From contig CAYVLY010000001.1 of assembly GCA_964452565.1 (NCBI GenBank), positions 643,053-707,052 on the forward strand: DNA of 64,000 bases, written 5' to 3'. The notes beneath the pieces are model-generated. The model did no database searches and had not been told where the DNA came from. It worked only from the letters and a program-made list of their open reading frames with translations. Below are positions 28,465-38,383 of the stretch, one piece after another; positions within the stretch are counted from its first letter, which is position 1, and each line of letters begins with the position of its first letter. The DNA is from an uncultured Gammaproteobacteria bacterium. Lineage in GTDB: Bacteria; Patescibacteriota; Patescibacteriia; UBA9934. The position numbers were made by a program, and so were the translations under genes.

Positions 28465-29670
28465 ATGAAACCCAAGCAAGTATATCTAGATCACTCAGCA
28501 TTGACCCCAACTCGCAGAGAGGTGGTTGATTTGATGTGCAAGATCGAAGATCGAAAACTGGGCAATCCATCAAGTATGCATATGGGGGGTAAGGAAGCCC
28601 GGGATCTAATCGAAGATGCTCGAAAGACCGTGGCCGATGCTATGGATGCGCGTCCCGACGAGATCGTTTTTACTGGAAGCGGAACCGAGTCAGATAATAT
28701 GGCGATTCTTGGGGCCGCCCGAGCGCATACGGCTCATGGGAAGCATATTGTTTCATGTAAGACCGAGCATCCAGCAGTTCTCGAAACTCTTCGATATCTA
28801 GAAGAGAAAGAGGGGTTTGAGGTGACTCTACTCGACGTCGATGAGTACGGACAGGTTTCGATCGATGACGTAAAAAATGCACTTCGCGATGATACGATTC
28901 TTGTTACAATCATGTATGCGAATAATGAGATCGGAACTATTCATCCGATTTCAGATATCGGTCGCATGCTTCAAAAACAGCGGAAACAGAACAAGACACC
29001 ATATCCATTGTTTCACACTGATGCCTGCCAAGCCTTTGGGTATCTTGATATGCGCGTCGAAGCGTTGCATGTCGATCTAATGACCGTGAATTCGTCAAAG
29101 ATCTATGGACCAAAAGGTGTAGGTGCTTTGTTTGTTAAGCGCGGTGTGAAGATCGCGCCCATCACATTTGGTGGATCACAGGAGAAAAGACTTCGACCCG
29201 GAACTGAGAATGTGACGGGAATTGTGGGATTTGCCAAGGCGGTTGAGCTGGCCCGAAAGGGTTGTGAGAAGGAAGTGAAGCGGCTAACAAAGCTTCGCGA
29301 TTGGTTTATCGATGAGATCAAAGATCAAATACCAAAAGTTCGATTAAATGGCCACCCAGAGCAGCGACTTCCAAATAACGTCAACATTTCATTTTTAGAT
29401 ATCGAAGGCGAGGCGCTTTTGTTATATCTCGACGCCGAAGGTGTTCAGGCTTCGTCTGGGTCTGCGTGTACAAGCGAAAAGCTTGATCCAAGTCATGTCA
29501 TTCTAGCGCTTGGAGTCCCATTTGAAGTGGCGCATGGAAGTATTCGATTTAGTTTGGGCCGATCTACGACCAAGAAGGATCTGAAGCGCGTTCTTGGTGT
29601 GCTCCCAGGGATCGTTGAACGTCTTCGCAAGATAAGCCCAGTAAAGATCTCAAGAGAATTTGAAAATTAG
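28465..29670 (+). CDS. iscS: cysteine desulfurase
   Basis: YLDHSALTP, HTDACQ, SKIYGPKG, SSGSACTS. Confidence 0.95.
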   Translation: MKPKQVYLDHSALTPTRREVVDLMCKIEDRKLGNPSSMHMGGKEARDLIEDARKTVADAMDARPDEIVFTGSGTESDNMAILGAARAHTAHGKHIVSCKTEHPAVLETLRYLEEKEGFEVTLLDVDEYGQVSIDDVKNALRDDTILVTIMYANNEIGTIHPISDIGRMLQKQRKQNKTPYPLFHTDACQAFGYLDMRVEALHVDLMTVNSSKIYGPKGVGALFVKRGVKIAPITFGGSQEKRLRPGTENVTGIVGFAKAVELARKGCEKEVKRLTKLRDWFIDEIKDQIPKVRLNGHPEQRLPNNVNISFLDIEGEALLLYLDAEGVQASSGSACTSEKLDPSHVILALGVPFEVAHGSIRFSLGRSTTKKDLKRVLGVLPGIVERLRKISPVKISREFEN

Positions 29671-29671
29671 T

Positions 29672-30166
29672 ATGGTAGATGATTTTGTTGCCAAAGAGGT
29701 AGAAGGAACAAGTGGCGATGTTGTTAATCGAGGCGAGTCGTGTTCTTGGTTTTATTCAGATATTGTAAGAGAGCACTTTTTTAATCCGCAGAATTTTCTT
29801 GAAGGCGAACTCGGGGAAGGAGAATACAATGCTACAGGTCGAGTTGGCTCTCCAGCTTGTGGTGATGAGCTTAAGATCTGGCTGTGGGTTGATCCAGAGA
29901 CCGAAAAGATTAAGAAGTTCTGGTGGAAGACCTTTGGATGTGCTTCCGCAATTGCTTCAACTTCGATAACTTCGGTAATTGTTACTGAAAATGATGGCAT
30001 GACTCTTGATGAGGCCTGCAATTTAAAGCCCCAAGACATAGTGGTACGCCTTGGGGGCTTGCCCCCACGAAAGATTCACTGCTCAGTCCTTGCGGATCAG
30101 GCACTAAGAGATGCTATTAATGATTATTATCTTAGAAGCGAGCAATCTGATAAAATGACAACATAA
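29672..30166 (+). CDS. iscU: Fe-S scaffold IscU/NifU N-terminal family
   Basis: EHFFNPQN, GSPACGD, TFGCASAIAS, KIHCSVLA. Confidence 0.93.
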   Translation: MVDDFVAKEVEGTSGDVVNRGESCSWFYSDIVREHFFNPQNFLEGELGEGEYNATGRVGSPACGDELKIWLWVDPETEKIKKFWWKTFGCASAIASTSITSVIVTENDGMTLDEACNLKPQDIVVRLGGLPPRKIHCSVLADQALRDAINDYYLRSEQSDKMTT

Positions 30167-30228
30167 TGAAATATTTATAAAGTTTCACAATGTGAACGAT
30201 CGTTCATGATGTGAAGCGCCAAAAGATT

Positions 30229-30495
30229 ATGAAAATAACAATAAAAGTAGATCCAGATTTGTGCATTGGTGCTGCAAGTTGTGTGGTGATTGATAACACA
30301 AGCTTTGAGCTCAATGAAGACAACAGGGCCTATGTGCTTGATCATGGAGAGGCGCCCAATGAGCCAACATATGAGCGGGAAGTTGAGGTAACTCAAGAAG
30401 AGTTGGATCGGGTTCTTATGGCAGCACAGTCTTGTCCAACAATGGCAGTGATCGTGACAGATGAAAATGGCAAGCAGTTATATCCTGAAATATAG
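30229..30495 (+). CDS. ferredoxin, probably 3Fe-4S
   Basis: CIGAASC...AAQSCP (second Cys of CxxCxxC replaced by Ala). Confidence 0.88.
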   Translation: MKITIKVDPDLCIGAASCVVIDNTSFELNEDNRAYVLDHGEAPNEPTYEREVEVTQEELDRVLMAAQSCPTMAVIVTDENGKQLYPEI

Positions 30496-30498
30496 AAT

Positions 30499-31668
30499 AT
30501 GAAATTTGTAATTATTGGCGGTGGGGTTGCAGGAACCACTGCGGCGGAAGAAATTCGAAAGCGCGACCCAAAAGCCGAGATAACTATTATTGAGCAGGAG
30601 CCGCACAGGCTTTACTCAAAAGTTTTGCTTGCAAAGTATGTAACCGATGAGCTTGATCGCGATCGGTTGTTTTTAAAAACAGAGAATTGGTATTCAGAAA
30701 AGAACATCGAGTTAATGAGTGGTGTACGCGTTTTGCAGATCAACTCGAAAAACAAATTTGTTGAGACATCTGATAAACGGGAGATTCCGTACGATAAATT
30801 AATCATAGCAACCGGCCAGCAACCAAAAATGCTTGAGGTTGATATACGCGGAATGGCATACTTTCGAACACTTGATGATGCCGAGGTTTTGAAGTCATTG
30901 ATTTCCGAGCTTAAATCAAAGCCGAGAGATCAGCAGCGGATGATTATTATTGGCGGTGCGTTTATCTCAATGGAGTATGTTCACATTGCACAGGCACTTG
31001 ATATTCCTGTTTCGATCATTCTCCGATCTGGCGGTTTTTGGTCAAGGATTATTTCCGAAGAGTCTCAGCAGATGCTTTTGAAAAAGGCTGAAGATCTCGG
31101 AATCGACATTCACACAAACCAAACATTTGATATCCTGGGGGACACAGAATTCGAAGGCGTGAAACTTTCCAGTGGCACAGAGATTAAAGGTTCGATCCTG
31201 GCGGTTGGAGTTGGAATCCAGACTGATGGTCAGTGGTTGATTGAATCAGGTATTGAGGTGGGGCGTGGTGCAACATGTGACAAGCGCTTTGAGATTCAGG
31301 AAGATATCTACACGATCGGTGACGTGTGTGAGTTTGAAGATGGTATTATGGAGCGAGCCATGCATGTTGGTAACTGGACCAACTCAATTCAGCAAGGAAG
31401 ATGTGTTGCAGCAAATGTACTTAGTGAGAAGTGTGATTATGAGTTTGTAAGCTCGTATGCGACCCGACTTGGAGACATTGAGATCACATTCATTGGCGAC
31501 ACAGACCGATCAATCGCACAGGATGTCTGTCGAATTGAAGACGGTGATGCTGTTATCGAGCTATTTGATCGAGGTAACAGAACTGTTGGCGCAGTGATTC
31601 TAGGTTCAACAAAAGAACGTACAAAAATCACAAAAGCAATTCAAGAAAAGCAACTTTATGAGCTCTAA
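30499..31668 (+). CDS. FAD-dependent NAD(P)H oxidoreductase (ferredoxin/rubredoxin reductase-like)
   Basis: IIGGGVAG, YDKLIIATG, IIGGAFI, IYTIGD. Confidence 0.9.
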   Translation: MKFVIIGGGVAGTTAAEEIRKRDPKAEITIIEQEPHRLYSKVLLAKYVTDELDRDRLFLKTENWYSEKNIELMSGVRVLQINSKNKFVETSDKREIPYDKLIIATGQQPKMLEVDIRGMAYFRTLDDAEVLKSLISELKSKPRDQQRMIIIGGAFISMEYVHIAQALDIPVSIILRSGGFWSRIISEESQQMLLKKAEDLGIDIHTNQTFDILGDTEFEGVKLSSGTEIKGSILAVGVGIQTDGQWLIESGIEVGRGATCDKRFEIQEDIYTIGDVCEFEDGIMERAMHVGNWTNSIQQGRCVAANVLSEKCDYEFVSSYATRLGDIEITFIGDTDRSIAQDVCRIEDGDAVIELFDRGNRTVGAVILGSTKERTKITKAIQEKQLYEL

Positions 31669-32734
31669 GCATCCACTAGATAATACAAGGACATATACAA
31701 CATACGATACCGCGGACATTGTTTTTGGTGTTGAGCGACTTTCGCAGCAGATGAAGGCTGCATTTGAAGACACAAAAGCGATCAAGATACCAGGGGCGTA
31801 CTTGGGGGTTGATCGTGTATTGGTTGCTGGAATGGGCGGTTCGTCTCTTGGGTCCCATGTTTTAAAAACCGGACTTGCAGATCACATAAAGGTGCCTGTT
31901 GAGTTGTTGCGTGGATATAATCTCCCGTCATGGGTAAATTCAAAGACACTTGTGGTTCTATCAAGTTTTTCAGGAAATACAGAAGAGGTTTTGTATGTTG
32001 CAAAGCAGGCAAGGGAGGCTAAGGCAAAGATTGTGGGGATTGCTAGCGGCGGCAAGCTGGCATCTTTAGTAAAGCGACAAAAGTACCCAGCTTATTTATT
32101 TAAACCAGGCGATTTAGCCAAGGAGCCGCGTCTTGGACTTGGGTTCTCAATTGCAGGAACCCTTGGACTTCTTGAGCAAGTTAGACTTGTTAAAGTGTCA
32201 AAAAAAGAAAAGATAAATTGGTTGCGTGCCATGGCAGAGGTAGTTGATAGCTGCGCCCTTGATGTCCCAGTTAAAGAAAATCCAGCAAAGCAAGTTGCGG
32301 TGGCCTTAAAGGGTAGGCCCATGCTAGTTGTCGGGTCCGAGCATCTGGCAGGCATTACACATGTGTTTACCAACCAGATAAATGAGACAGCAAAGCAGTT
32401 TGCACAGTCACACGAATTACCTGAGCTTAACCATCACCTCATGGAGGGCCTCACGTTCCCAAAAGGGCTATTTTCAAAGTTCACCGTTGTGATGCTTAAG
32501 TCAAAGCACTATCACGCACGAACTCAAAAGAGGTATCCGATTACAGCAAAGGTATTTGAAAAGCTTGGGGCAGAGGTGATTGAATATGAAGCTCGCGGGG
32601 AAACTAAGTTTGAGGAGGTAGTGGAGGTATTGCAGTTCGGAAGCTTTGCAAGTTATTATCTAGCCATGTCTAATAAAGTCGACCCAAAAGACATTCCATA
32701 TGTTGAGTGGTTTAAAAAGCAATTGGACAGATAA
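31658..32734 (+). CDS. bifunctional phosphoglucose/phosphomannose isomerase (SIS)
   Basis: GMGGS, SFSGNTEE, QINETAK, PELNHH. Confidence 0.92.
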   Translation: MSSKHPLDNTRTYTTYDTADIVFGVERLSQQMKAAFEDTKAIKIPGAYLGVDRVLVAGMGGSSLGSHVLKTGLADHIKVPVELLRGYNLPSWVNSKTLVVLSSFSGNTEEVLYVAKQAREAKAKIVGIASGGKLASLVKRQKYPAYLFKPGDLAKEPRLGLGFSIAGTLGLLEQVRLVKVSKKEKINWLRAMAEVVDSCALDVPVKENPAKQVAVALKGRPMLVVGSEHLAGITHVFTNQINETAKQFAQSHELPELNHHLMEGLTFPKGLFSKFTVVMLKSKHYHARTQKRYPITAKVFEKLGAEVIEYEARGETKFEEVVEVLQFGSFASYYLAMSNKVDPKDIPYVEWFKKQLDR

Positions 32735-32819
32735 TAATAGAACAAAGACTACAGAACTCAGATCACAGATAAGGATCGGCGAAAGCTGATTCTTTTGTTT
32801 TTACACTGGGTTCTGTGTT

Positions 32820-32854
32820 CCAGCCGTCGCTACTTCGTAGCTATGGCCGGCAGG
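32820..32854. repeat. palindromic element of the same family as the tRNA-Cys insert
   Basis: ccagccgtcgctacttcgtagctatggccggcagg versus tccaccgtcgctcccatcggagctttggcggacagg. Confidence 0.65.
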
Positions 32855-32879
32855 CTGCTTTCTGCTATAATAAAGCCGT

Positions 32880-33527
32880 ATGAAAAAATACCCAGGACCC
32901 GTCTCAAAAATAATCTTTGACAAATCTGTAGTCTCTTTTTGCTGCAAAAACTTTAGATCTCGTCAACATAGCTATGGTTATGTTTCCTCGATCTTCAGCC
33001 TTTTCGCTAAAAAGATCCATACAGATTTTCTAAAGCTATTTCTGAGACGGGTCCTCGCAGTGTTTTTATTAACCCTTGGTTTATTTGGCGTCGGTGCGCC
33101 TGTGGTTCAGGCACAGTCTATTGCGGATCGTTATGATGACATCCAAGATCAGGGTCTTATTTTTGCCGGAATTTGTCCTGGGTCAAACGAAACTTGCGAC
33201 TGTAGAGATTATGGAAAGTGTACCCTGGAAGACATGATGCAGTTGCTTGTTAATCTAAGTGTATTCATTTTCGGAATAACAGGCTCTGTCATGATGTTGA
33301 TCATTGTATACGGGGGATTTAAGTGGATAATGGCGCACGGAGAATCTGCAATGGTCGAAGAGGGCAGAAAGGCGCTTATTGGAGGGCTCGTCGGACTGGC
33401 AATAATCATGGGCGCCTATGCTGCCATAAACGTTATCGTGTCTGTTATAAAAACCGGAGAGATTCCAACTACCGACATTGAAGAAACCATTGGTGAGGGG
33501 GCTGAGGATATTATTGATACGCAATAG
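32880..33527 (+). CDS. VirB2/TrbC-like pilin with a Cys-containing N-terminal extension
   Basis: IVYGGFKWIMAHG...VEEGRK...GLAIIMGAY. Confidence 0.8.
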   Translation: MKKYPGPVSKIIFDKSVVSFCCKNFRSRQHSYGYVSSIFSLFAKKIHTDFLKLFLRRVLAVFLLTLGLFGVGAPVVQAQSIADRYDDIQDQGLIFAGICPGSNETCDCRDYGKCTLEDMMQLLVNLSVFIFGITGSVMMLIIVYGGFKWIMAHGESAMVEEGRKALIGGLVGLAIIMGAYAAINVIVSVIKTGEIPTTDIEETIGEGAEDIIDTQ

Positions 33528-33551
33528 GTAAAATCCTGATATAATCACTTT

Positions 33552-33893
33552 ATGAAAAAGATAAAAGCTATTATTGCAAGTATTAGTGTTATGGCCTTGC
33601 CATATGTGGTACATGCGCAAGTTTCCCTTACAAACCCTCTTGGCGAGAATGATGTTCGGGTGATCATTGGAACGGTGATCAAGGGTGCATTATCAGTTGC
33701 AGGTACTTTGGCGCTTTTAATGTTCGTATATGGAGGGATCTTGTGGCTTACGGACATGGGAAAGGGTGATCAGGTGAAAAAGGGTAAGGACATTTTGGTT
33801 TGGGCAACACTTGGAATCATCTTGATTGCTGGGGCGTATGTGTTGACCACCGCTATCTTCAACGCAATCCTCATGGGAAGCGTTGAGGGGTAG
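33552..33893 (+). CDS. VirB2/TrbC-like pilin
   Basis: LTNPL...YGGILWLTDMG..DQVKKGK..LVWA. Confidence 0.85.
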   Translation: MKKIKAIIASISVMALPYVVHAQVSLTNPLGENDVRVIIGTVIKGALSVAGTLALLMFVYGGILWLTDMGKGDQVKKGKDILVWATLGIILIAGAYVLTTAIFNAILMGSVEG

Positions 33894-33980
33894 CCTCTTT
33901 CCATCCCGAGCGACCGCAGGGAGTCGGGGGATCTATTAACTCAAAGATTAATTTAATCATTTAAGTAATTAAGCATTACT

Positions 33981-34385
33981 ATGACAAAAACATTGGCCAT
34001 GTTTGCACTTAGTTTCTTGCTTGTCGTCCCAGTTTTGGGAACTATGAGCTTGAGCACTGGTGTTCACGTTGCGCATGCGCAACAACTTGAAACTGAGGAT
34101 TTCTTCGAAGATGAGTTCTCAGAGAGTACTGGCTTAGGTCAAGCCGACCTAAAGTCAACAATTGGAAACCTTATTCGAGTATTCCTAGGGTTCCTTGGAA
34201 TTATCGCTGTTGTGATGGTTCTTCTTGGTGGATTTAAATGGATGACAGCTAGTGGTAATGAAGACAAGGTTGCGGAGGCAAAGCGGCTGCTCATTGCTGG
34301 TGTGGTTGGTCTTGCGATCATCTTGTCAGCGTACGCAATAACAAGCTTTGTTATTGAGTCGGTGATCACGGCATCAGCCGATTAG
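33981..34385 (+). CDS. VirB2/TrbC-like pilin
   Basis: GGFKWMTASGNEDKVAEAK. Confidence 0.87.
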   Translation: MTKTLAMFALSFLLVVPVLGTMSLSTGVHVAHAQQLETEDFFEDEFSESTGLGQADLKSTIGNLIRVFLGFLGIIAVVMVLLGGFKWMTASGNEDKVAEAKRLLIAGVVGLAIILSAYAITSFVIESVITASAD

Positions 34386-34429
34386 TTTTCACATGACCGT
34401 TTGTCCGCACGCTGTGGGGACATTCGGCT

Positions 34430-34789
34430 ATGCGAAAATATATCGCCCTTGCAGTCATTGGATTGCTTCTTAGCCCAACCCTTACATTTGGACAGTTAGA
34501 TCCAAGCGAGACCGGATTAGAGTCTACTGGGGAGGAGGCATATGGAACACTTGATCAATCAATAGGTCAGTGGGTTGGATCAAAGATCATCACCCCTGCA
34601 CTTGCCCTTGTTGGTGTTATATTCTTGGTACTCATGGTTTATGCTGGGTTCCTATGGATGACAGCTGGAGGAAAGTCAGACCAGGTTCAGAAAGCAAAGG
34701 ACCTGATGATACGCGCTATTATTGGAGTAATCATAATCTCCGCAGCGTATGCAATTACAACCTTTGTGTTCAGAGCTATAGGTAGCTAG
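34430..34789 (+). CDS. VirB2/TrbC-like pilin
   Basis: YAGFLWMTAGG..DQVQKAK. Confidence 0.87.
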   Translation: MRKYIALAVIGLLLSPTLTFGQLDPSETGLESTGEEAYGTLDQSIGQWVGSKIITPALALVGVIFLVLMVYAGFLWMTAGGKSDQVQKAKDLMIRAIIGVIIISAAYAITTFVFRAIGS

Positions 34790-34790
34790 T

Positions 34791-35153
34791 ATGAAAAAGA
34801 TAATCACAGCGTTTACCCTGTCTGCGTTCTGCGTTCTGGGTTCTGTATTCTGGGCCAACGCCCAAGACTTCACAGGTCAACTAGATGAGGCTCAAAGTGA
34901 AGTTGGATTTGCACAAACTGATATTGCGACAATGATCGGTACTATTATCGGAGTAGCCCTTTCAGTCCTAGGAATACTACTTTTACTTCTTATAATCTAT
35001 GCTGGATTCCTATGGATGACAGCTGGAGGTGAAACAGATAAGACCAAAAAGGCTAAGGATTATATGATTAATGCAGTCATTGGTTTGATCATAACCCTAG
35101 CGGCCTATGCGATTTCGCAATTTGTTATTAATGCTATTCAGGGTACGACATAG
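34791..35153 (+). CDS. VirB2/TrbC-like pilin
   Basis: YAGFLWMTAGGETDKTKKAK. Confidence 0.87.
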   Translation: MKKIITAFTLSAFCVLGSVFWANAQDFTGQLDEAQSEVGFAQTDIATMIGTIIGVALSVLGILLLLLIIYAGFLWMTAGGETDKTKKAKDYMINAVIGLIITLAAYAISQFVINAIQGTT

Positions 35154-35219
35154 AAAAGTATCGTGAATAATGATAAAATACTATTACTTATTAATTTAAG
35201 AGCTCTTAATTCATATACT

Positions 35220-35603
35220 ATGAGATATCTCGAAAAGCTAGGTGTGCTGCTCGCAATTGGACTTTTGTCTGTCCCAATGCTTGCTGCACCAGTTCATGCG
35301 CAAGATATCGGTACACACCTTGATACTGCTGCAGGTTCTGCAGGGCTATCAGCAAGTACTGACCTTGCAACTATTATTGGTAGCTTGATCAATGTATTCT
35401 TGACCATTCTTGGTATTATCTTGCTCGTCTTAATCCTTTATGCTGGATTCCTATGGATGACAGCTGGAGGTGAGACAGATAAGACAAAGAAGGCTAAGGA
35501 CATCATGATCAATGCGGTTATTGGATTGATCATCCTGCTTGCAGCGTATGCGATTTCAAATTTTGTAATCGAAGCGCTTGGAGAGGCAGGAGTAGCTGAC
35601 TAG
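35220..35603 (+). CDS. VirB2/TrbC-like pilin
   Basis: YAGFLWMTAGGETDKTKKAK; start placed at MRYLEK. Confidence 0.87.
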   Translation: MRYLEKLGVLLAIGLLSVPMLAAPVHAQDIGTHLDTAAGSAGLSASTDLATIIGSLINVFLTILGIILLVLILYAGFLWMTAGGETDKTKKAKDIMINAVIGLIILLAAYAISNFVIEALGEAGVAD

Positions 35604-35686
35604 GCAAAATACAATCAGACAAAAAAATTACCAGGGACATGCCCTGGTAATTTTTTATGTTTAAAGTGTTTAACCATTTGGCTCTA

Positions 35687-35752
35687 CCTCACTTGTTTAA
35701 AGTGTTGACTCCAAAATAAACATTTGAACAACTTAAACATATTAAACAAAAA
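35687..35752 (+). repeat. left arm of a 66-bp inverted repeat
   Basis: 65/66 identical to the reverse complement of 39106-39171. Confidence 0.92.
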
Positions 35753-35849
35753 CCCTTGGCTGTGGCAGGGTTTTTACAAAGCAACAACCCCGCCACACCT
35801 CATAAGGGAGGGGGCGGGGTCACGGGTCACCTTCACAACACTTCTTGAG

Positions 35850-37538
35850 CTACGGGCAGAAGCTGGGCTTCTTGTCCTTGCCCTTGAAATGCTCGCACAC
35901 CTTCTGCTTCGTGTCCTGGGGCTCTGAGGAGGACTCGTGATGGGTCGTTGAGCTCGAGGGCACGGTGGCACTTGCGTTCTGTGAGCCGTTGAAGGCGAAC
36001 GAAAGCCCGAGTAGTACGAAGGCCAGAGGCAGGATGACGAAGAAGGCGTGCAGTAGCATGCTCCCGCCCTTTTGTGCGAGGCGTTTCCGTTCGAGTGCGT
36101 TCCAGTGATGCGGGGCAAAGGACATGAACTCCATGATGAAGTAGATGAGCATTGCCGCGACCATGAACGTATGCCAGCCTGTCATGCGTGTGACCGACCT
36201 TGTCCAGACGATCGTATCGAAGACCCAGAACATGGCCCATCCAGCGCCGAATCCCAAGGGGATCAGGGTCCCCATGAGAATTGCCAGGTGACGAGACCAG
36301 GGTTCGCGTCCACGTCCATCGTTGGCCTGCTGGCCATTGTCATCGCGCAGGATCTGGGTACTGAACCTCTGTTCAGCCCAGCGCACCAGGGGTGCGATCA
36401 GGCTTTCCCGGCTGAACGGGTTGAACTTGCTCAGCAGAGATTTGATAGCCGTCGGCAGTTTGTGGTACGGGGCAAAGATCGACCGGAAGACTGTGAAGAG
36501 CAGCACACTGCTAAGTATATGGCTCCCACTCAGGCGTAGTGGCGGGTAGTGCCAGTCGCCTGTGAGCAGGACCAGGCAGTTCAGGAAGCCGGGCTTTTCA
36601 ATGAAGCCCAATCCGTAGGACCAGAGATCCACGCTGCGGAGATAAAGGAGCGCGATAGGGATGAACCCGATCAGCCAGAGGGCGCCGATGAACAGCAGGG
36701 CGCCTCCACCCCACCCCAGCCACTTTGGCAGCCTGTTCTGGGCGAGGTTTTCGCCCCAGGCATACAGCCGGTCCTTGGGTACAAGGGCGTCGAGCTTGTC
36801 GAGTGCGACCATGAGCCAGCCCATCGGGCCAGTGCAGTGACGCTTGGCTGTCATGATGAGCCGTCGTTGGTCTTCCCAGGGGCGCATACGAGCCCACTCG
36901 AAGCCATTGTCGTGATCGTAGGGATTGAGCGTACGTCGAACCTCGTTAGGATTACTCTCAATCGCTCGAGGCAGCCCATAGCTGATCTGCCACGCGTCAC
37001 CTTCGAGTCCGTTGCTATCGTTGTCGCCATTTCGGCGGGCGGGCGTGTCGTCGCTACGCTGCTCATCTTCTGCGGCAGCCAGAATACCCATAAGCACGTC
37101 GATTTCTCGCATGGTCCAGGTAGTCCAGATGCTCAGCGGGGGCTCAGGGATGGCTTGCATGTTCGGGAGTACGCCATGTGCCTCTTCTGCGGCGCTGCCC
37201 AACGCTTCCCGGACTTCTTGTTGGGTAGGGCGGTGGCCCTGTCGAGCACGAACGGCCAAGTTGCGCAGGCCAATGCCGATACGTTCGGACACTTCCTCGA
37301 CCGCCATGCCAGCAATCGGGTTGCCCTGCGCCAGCCTGCGGCCGACAAGTTCTCCGATGAGGTTGAGCGCAACAGCGGTCAGCTGTGGCGGCACAACCAT
37401 GAGCAGAAAGTTCACCAGGCGACCGATATGGCCATCAAGCGCGTTGAGGTTTTGGGGATCTGATCGGCTGATGGCGCGCTCGAGAGCTTCTGCCATGTGT
37501 TCGATCGGAATCTTGATATAGAGGGGGATGTCGTCCAT
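35850..37538 (-). CDS. hypothetical multi-pass membrane protein (GC-rich ORFan)
   Basis: GAGGT RBS, ~560 aa, several C-terminal TM segments. Confidence 0.75.
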   Translation of the reverse strand: MDDIPLYIKIPIEHMAEALERAISRSDPQNLNALDGHIGRLVNFLLMVVPPQLTAVALNLIGELVGRRLAQGNPIAGMAVEEVSERIGIGLRNLAVRARQGHRPTQQEVREALGSAAEEAHGVLPNMQAIPEPPLSIWTTWTMREIDVLMGILAAAEDEQRSDDTPARRNGDNDSNGLEGDAWQISYGLPRAIESNPNEVRRTLNPYDHDNGFEWARMRPWEDQRRLIMTAKRHCTGPMGWLMVALDKLDALVPKDRLYAWGENLAQNRLPKWLGWGGGALLFIGALWLIGFIPIALLYLRSVDLWSYGLGFIEKPGFLNCLVLLTGDWHYPPLRLSGSHILSSVLLFTVFRSIFAPYHKLPTAIKSLLSKFNPFSRESLIAPLVRWAEQRFSTQILRDDNGQQANDGRGREPWSRHLAILMGTLIPLGFGAGWAMFWVFDTIVWTRSVTRMTGWHTFMVAAMLIYFIMEFMSFAPHHWNALERKRLAQKGGSMLLHAFFVILPLAFVLLGLSFAFNGSQNASATVPSSSTTHHESSSEPQDTKQKVCEHFKGKDKKPSFCP

Positions 37539-37768
37539 GACGTGTACCTCGTTGTGAAGGTTGATTTGGTATGGGACGGGTCGTTGATCCGTCCCAAAGA
37601 CAGGGAGATCAAGACGGCTAAACTTAGCATTGAAAACAGCTTTTGTCAACTTAGTGAGGTTGACAAAGTAGCTAAAATTGGCTACAGTTAGACGTCTGCA
37701 GAGCTCTCGTGAACTCGAGTTTCTGTAAACAAGTTTACCCCCGTCCCCTTTCCAACCCGGAGAACACC

Positions 37769-38380
37769 ATGAACATCTTGTTCGTCCTTCTCGCCCTGCT
37801 CGGGCTCCAGAGCGCCGAGGCCGGTTCTTGCAAGGAGATCTGTCCTGCGAACAAGCCCTGCTTCATCCACTACGTCGACCGCGTGCATACCACGAACGGC
37901 TGGTACCCGTGTGGCCATGGCAATCGCGCCCAGGTCCACGTGCAGTACCAGTCCAGTCGCCGCCGTACGCAGACGCGTGGCCGCGTGCACTTCCAGACCA
38001 GCCCGACCCACTACCCACCCCAGCAGTCCTACGCGGTGCCGGTGGACCCGTACCACCAGCACGGCAACCCAGTCCAGCCGCAGCTGCAGGAGGCGCAGAT
38101 CGTCGAGAGCGAGGCCGAAATCCTGGCACAGGAGCACTGGGATCAGGAACGTCGCGCCGAAGTACAGCAGGCCGAGACTCAGCGGGCTGCTGCCGAGGCT
38201 CAGAGCGATCAGCTCAGGGGTCAGACCCAGCAGCAGCAGGCCAAGATCGACAGCTTGACCAAGCAGCGTGACGCAGCCCGCAAGAAGGCCGATGAGCAGG
38301 AGGCTCGCGCCGACGAGGCCGACGAGCTTCTGCTCGAAGTCGCCGAAGAGCTCGCAGCACCACAGTCGGGGGAGGAGTAG
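37769..38380 (+). CDS. hypothetical secreted protein with a C-terminal coiled coil (GC-rich ORFan)
   Basis: GGAG RBS, signal peptide, Cys-containing N-domain, Q/E/A-rich helix. Confidence 0.75.
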   Translation: MNILFVLLALLGLQSAEAGSCKEICPANKPCFIHYVDRVHTTNGWYPCGHGNRAQVHVQYQSSRRRTQTRGRVHFQTSPTHYPPQQSYAVPVDPYHQHGNPVQPQLQEAQIVESEAEILAQEHWDQERRAEVQQAETQRAAAEAQSDQLRGQTQQQQAKIDSLTKQRDAARKKADEQEARADEADELLLEVAEELAAPQSGEE

Positions 38381-38383
38381 TAC

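Noticed and set aside
36549-37463. 304-aa plus-strand ORF
   Set aside because: Shadow of the minus-strand membrane protein gene
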